Assembly (NCBI GenBank): GCA_009103225.1
Contig: RHPI01002503.1
Span: 563,585 to 627,584 of the forward strand
Direction of reading: 5' to 3'
From: Chlorokybus atmophyticus
Lineage: Eukaryota; Plantae; Mesostigma and Chlorokybus algae
Length of the DNA stretch: 64,000 bases
The notes beneath the pieces are model-generated. The model was given only the letters and a program-made list of their open reading frames with translations, was not told the origin of the DNA and did no database searches. The position numbers were made by a program, and so were the translations under genes. Shown in pieces: positions 60,300-64,000 of the stretch (position 1 is the first letter of the stretch; each line of letters opens with the position of its first letter).

Positions 60300-62606
60300 A
60301 TGTCTGAGGCAGAGCCAGCTAACGGCGGTACAGCTGAAGCCACTGAAAACTCTGATCAGAGCATACAGCATACAGCAGCGCTGAGCATTGAGCCTCTCAC
60401 ATTGGCTGAATGCGCCACCGAAATAGCGGACACAGCTTGCTTGCCAACCATACAGCATAGTGAAGAGCAGGCTAGCCGCGAGTTTATTGCTGAAGCAGCC
60501 GGCTTGTCATCGCCGTGTGACAAGCCTCTTTCTACGAGTCCTGCTGAGGGGCTCGCAGGGGAAGCATGCAAGGAGCAGGCCGTACACAAAGATTTGAGCA
60601 GACAAACCAAACAGCAGAGGAACAAAAAGCATGATGAGGGCAATAAGCCTCCGCCTTTTGTTGAGCTCAAGCGCAATGCATACGTGTCCCGCAGGTTGGT
60701 TGTGTTGCGTCAACCCGCTGATTGTTTATGATGCAAGCACGCGCGCGCATACACACACACACACACACACACACGCTTGTGCACGTCTGTCGCTGATGCG
60801 TTGGCGTTTGCAGTCATGCTGCGCTGAAGACAGACGACATACCCGTTTGCGAATGCAAGGGTGCCAGCGAGGACGACTGCTGCAGCGAAGATCAATGCCT
60901 CAATGCACTTGTTGCAACCGAGTGCACTCCTGGTTATTGCCCAGTCGAAGAGACCTGCCAGAATCAGAGGTTTCAGCGACGCGAGTACATAAACACACAG
61001 CTTGTAGAGACACCCGGGCGCGGTTGGGGGTTGATCGCTGAGCAAGACGTGCAGCTTGGCCAGTTCGTGATTGAGTATTGCGGGGAGGTGATTTCTGAGA
61101 AAGAGGCGCAACAGAGAAGCAAGTTGTACGAATCGCAGGTCATGCTGAAGCAACGTGCGCTGCCCAGAAAAGGTTCTGGCAGCGATGAGGCTTTGTATCC
61201 TTGTACTGATATATGAGTGGATTGTTCAGGGCATCCGCCATCATTATTTCATGGTGTTGGGTGGCACGGATGTGATCGACGCAACGCGCAAAGGCTGTTT
61301 GGCCAGGTTCATCAATCACTCATGGTGCGTTCGTGTAACCAGCTCTCACACAGCAGCCCAACTCAATGTTGTTGCGTACCATGTGTGATGAAGCAATGTG
61401 CTGTTGTACACAACTTTGAATCAAACTTGTTGTTCCCTTCACAGTAACCCTAACTGTGAGACACGGAAGTGGCATGTTCTCGGGGAGCTGAGGGTGGGCA
61501 TCTTTGGGAAGCATTTCATACCGACCGGGACAGAGTTGACATACAACTACAACTTTCAGTACTTTGGCGGAGCCAAGACCAAGTGCTGTTGCGGGGCAAC
61601 CAACTGCGTGGGGTTCCTTGGCGCCAACTCCCGGACTTTCAAGGAGGCCTCGTACTTGTGGGACGATGAGGATGACCGCTACGGGATCAACAACAACCCG
61701 TTGTACGACTCGGGCGAAGATGACGCACCACCATTGCCAGCGGCTGTGCTCGCCGCACTGGTACCACGTGACACGCAGAGTCCTTCCGTCAAGAAGAAGC
61801 GCAGCAAGCTGCCGAAACGTGCCAAAGAAATGCTGCTCCACAAACGCCTCAACCAAGCACCCTCCGGGCAGCTCTCCCATCAAGAAGAAGGCGGCTTTCC
61901 ATCACAAGCAGACGTGCTTGACACTGTAGCTCAGCAACAAGAGGTGGGTGTCTGCTTTAGGTGTGCCGCAATTTGCTGCTGATAAGCACATTGTCTGTTA
62001 GCTTACTGTGTATCCACTTTTGAACTGCTGTCTGCACGCATGCAGGCTGGTGCCACAAGTACGTCTGAGGAAGCAATGCGAAGGGCGATGATGCAGGCGC
62101 CTCCGCAGCGCAAAGCAGCGGTCAGGGCATTAAGCGCGGGCAAGAAGCAGCTTGAAGCGGTGAAACGCAAGCGCGTCGCTCAGGTCGTCGCCCACGAGCT
62201 GGAAGCCGCCGGGCTGCAGCCGGCCGCAGCGGAGGCAGCAAAGGCACCATCATCATGGTCCCGCAAGAAACGGAAGCGCACCAAAGCCGTCATTGCAATG
62301 GAGAAGCGCGTCGCAGCATTGTCCTCGGCAGTTGGCTTGGATAGCACCATGTCGCCAGAGAGCTGGTTGCGTCGCGAGGTTGATCGCATCAAAGGCACTG
62401 TGGACGTGTTCCTTCAGGCAGTTGGCTTTTGCACAACAGACGGGCCAGACCTGCAGATCAGAGGAGGATCTTGCATTGTCAAATGCATACGCAATGCGTA
62501 TGCACCAGCAGCTGCCGCAGTTGTGCCACTTGAGCCTGTGCAGGAGTCATTGGGGCTTGCTGAACAAAACCTGTCTTTGTGCGACGTGCAACAACTTGTA
62601 TCTTAA
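60300..62606 (+). CDS. ASHH1: H3K36-type SET-domain histone methyltransferase (AWS-SET-postSET), ASHH1/SDG26-like
   Basis: AWS: CECK...CLNALVATECTPGYCP..CQNQRFQ. SET: GRGWGL..FVIEYCGEVIS, IDATRKGCLARFINHSC/NPNCETRKW.VLGELRVGIF, ELTYNYNF. Post-SET: CCCGATNCVGFLG, followed by the ASHH1-like YLWDDEDDRY. Confidence 0.92.
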
Positions 62607-63382
62607 AACTGCATGTTGGTAAGCTGGTGGATGTGCGGCTGCGCATATGCTGACTTCAAACAGCTGTGGCTGGTAATTGCAACAACTCAAGTTCAATGTG
62701 CTGATTCACCACATTCCTCGTTAAGTATGCTTAGTGCGCATGGTTGTAAGGTTTTGCTGCAATCTTGGGTGCATGTGCGCATGTACAAGAGATAGTATGC
62801 TGCATTGCGTTATGCGTGCGTGCACAATCCACGTGGGCTACGCTTCATGTATAAAGCTTATTAGTGGAAAGGTGTGCGTGTGCAAAGCAAAGAACACCAT
62901 GAACATCATTCAACAATAAAGCACACGCAAGGCAAATCAAAGGGGCCCACAGCCGCGCTAGCTACAGTCAGACTATGCATCGGCGTGCGCTTGCTGTGCG
63001 TGGGTGCACCATCCGTGCGTGGGCTACGCTCATGCATCGGCGTGCGCCCACATGAATTGTAGTACGATCTACCACTACACTGCACCGCACTGCAATCACT
63101 GTACATGTATGCATGTAATCATTGTACATGTAGCCATTTGCAGCTATTTAGTTGCAAGTGTTCATGTATGGCAGGATAAGTTAATACGATTTGAGATGGT
63201 CGTGTGCGCAAACAGCCGGTGAATCGTCATAATACTGATGAATGACATATGTACACACAATGTGCCGTCTTGTACACAAGCAAAAAATGGCCTACACAAC
63301 GCCGACAATGCAACGTTTCATTCCCATTCCATCAATGATTATAAGCAACAAGCAACAACGATTGCAATCAAGAAGTTAATGC

Positions 63383-63436
63383 GCTCGCAAACCTAATTTG
63401 ATAGGTTTGCGAGCACAGTAAAATAGGTTTGCGAGC
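63383..63436. repeat. Perfect 13-bp hairpin followed by a direct copy of its right arm
   Basis: GCTCGCAAACCTA-atttga-TAGGTTTGCGAGC, then ATAGGTTTGCGAGC at 63423-63436. Confidence 0.8.
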
Positions 63437-64000
63437 TTGATCACGCAGTAATGACATTTACATTGTTAATGTTGTTTGCGGTTGTGGTAGTTCAAGTGGC
63501 CAGTATACCGAACTTTTAAGCTTTTATGCTTGATGCTGCATGCTTTTATGCTTCTTTCTTTGATAACTCTTTCTAATTGTGTAGCAATACATGCAATGAT
63601 GTGATTGTGCCAATACGACATGCATGGCACATGCATCAGCCAAACACAATTGCAAATTGCACTGTATATGATGTCCAATTGTAAAGGCATTCTCATATGT
63701 TCAATGCAAGATAGTGCAGCATCGCAAGCTCAGCAAGTACACGCAGTCATTAACACCAGCAAATCACAAACACCATAGGCCGGGGCACGTAGCTAAGCTA
63801 TGTGCGTGCAACTTTGTGCAACTATGTGCAATTTGGGGCGGGTAGGCGAGGCAGAGCAAGGCACACGGTAGCAAACAGAGAAAGGGTCCTTAACAAAAAG
63901 TCCAGCGTCAAGAGAGCAGTAGGCTTTAGGAAGTGAAGCAGGCATGCAGCAAGGCAAAGCGGAGGTGGGTGGAGATGCGGGTGCAGTGGTGTGCTATGAG

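Noticed and set aside
1-64000. CRISPR arrays, prokaryotic operons, or viral (NCLDV/Polinton) hallmark genes
   Set aside because: No regularly spaced repeat-spacer array and no capsid, polB or integrase motifs seen; the genes are intron-rich and eukaryotic.

Overview
Intron-rich eukaryotic DNA, most consistent with a chlorophyte green alga: GT-AG introns of ~60-400 bp, plant-type organellar and housekeeping genes, and three N gaps at G/C runs. Identifiable host genes are CSP41a (5'-truncated), a FixL-like multi-PAS membrane protein, a small GNAT acetyltransferase, ALG6, an alkaline/neutral invertase, UGP3, class II fumarase, a GT29 sialyltransferase-like protein, NUP35 and an ASHH1-type SET methyltransferase. 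Two or three further spliced genes could not be identified. Two features stand out. (1) An apparently intact 8-exon, ~2,122-aa gene at 6639-13591 (-) has the architecture of an AcademX DNA-transposon protein: DDE-like transposase, XPG-like nuclease and a C-terminal Cys-rich finger. I know this superfamily only from animals, fungi and a red alga. A 186-bp TAG...CTA MITE elsewhere in the window may be a non-autonomous partner. (2) A 4-exon Selenoprotein S-like gene at 49876-51228 (+) ends ...RRRG-UGA-R-stop and has a well-formed type II SECIS about 190 nt downstream; the ORF track misses it. The window also holds a TA-flanked MITE cluster, a foldback element, an 85-bp duplication of a NUP35 splice donor and a 269-bp identical duplication that is probably an assembly artefact. 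All family assignments come from motif recognition by eye; no database search was run.
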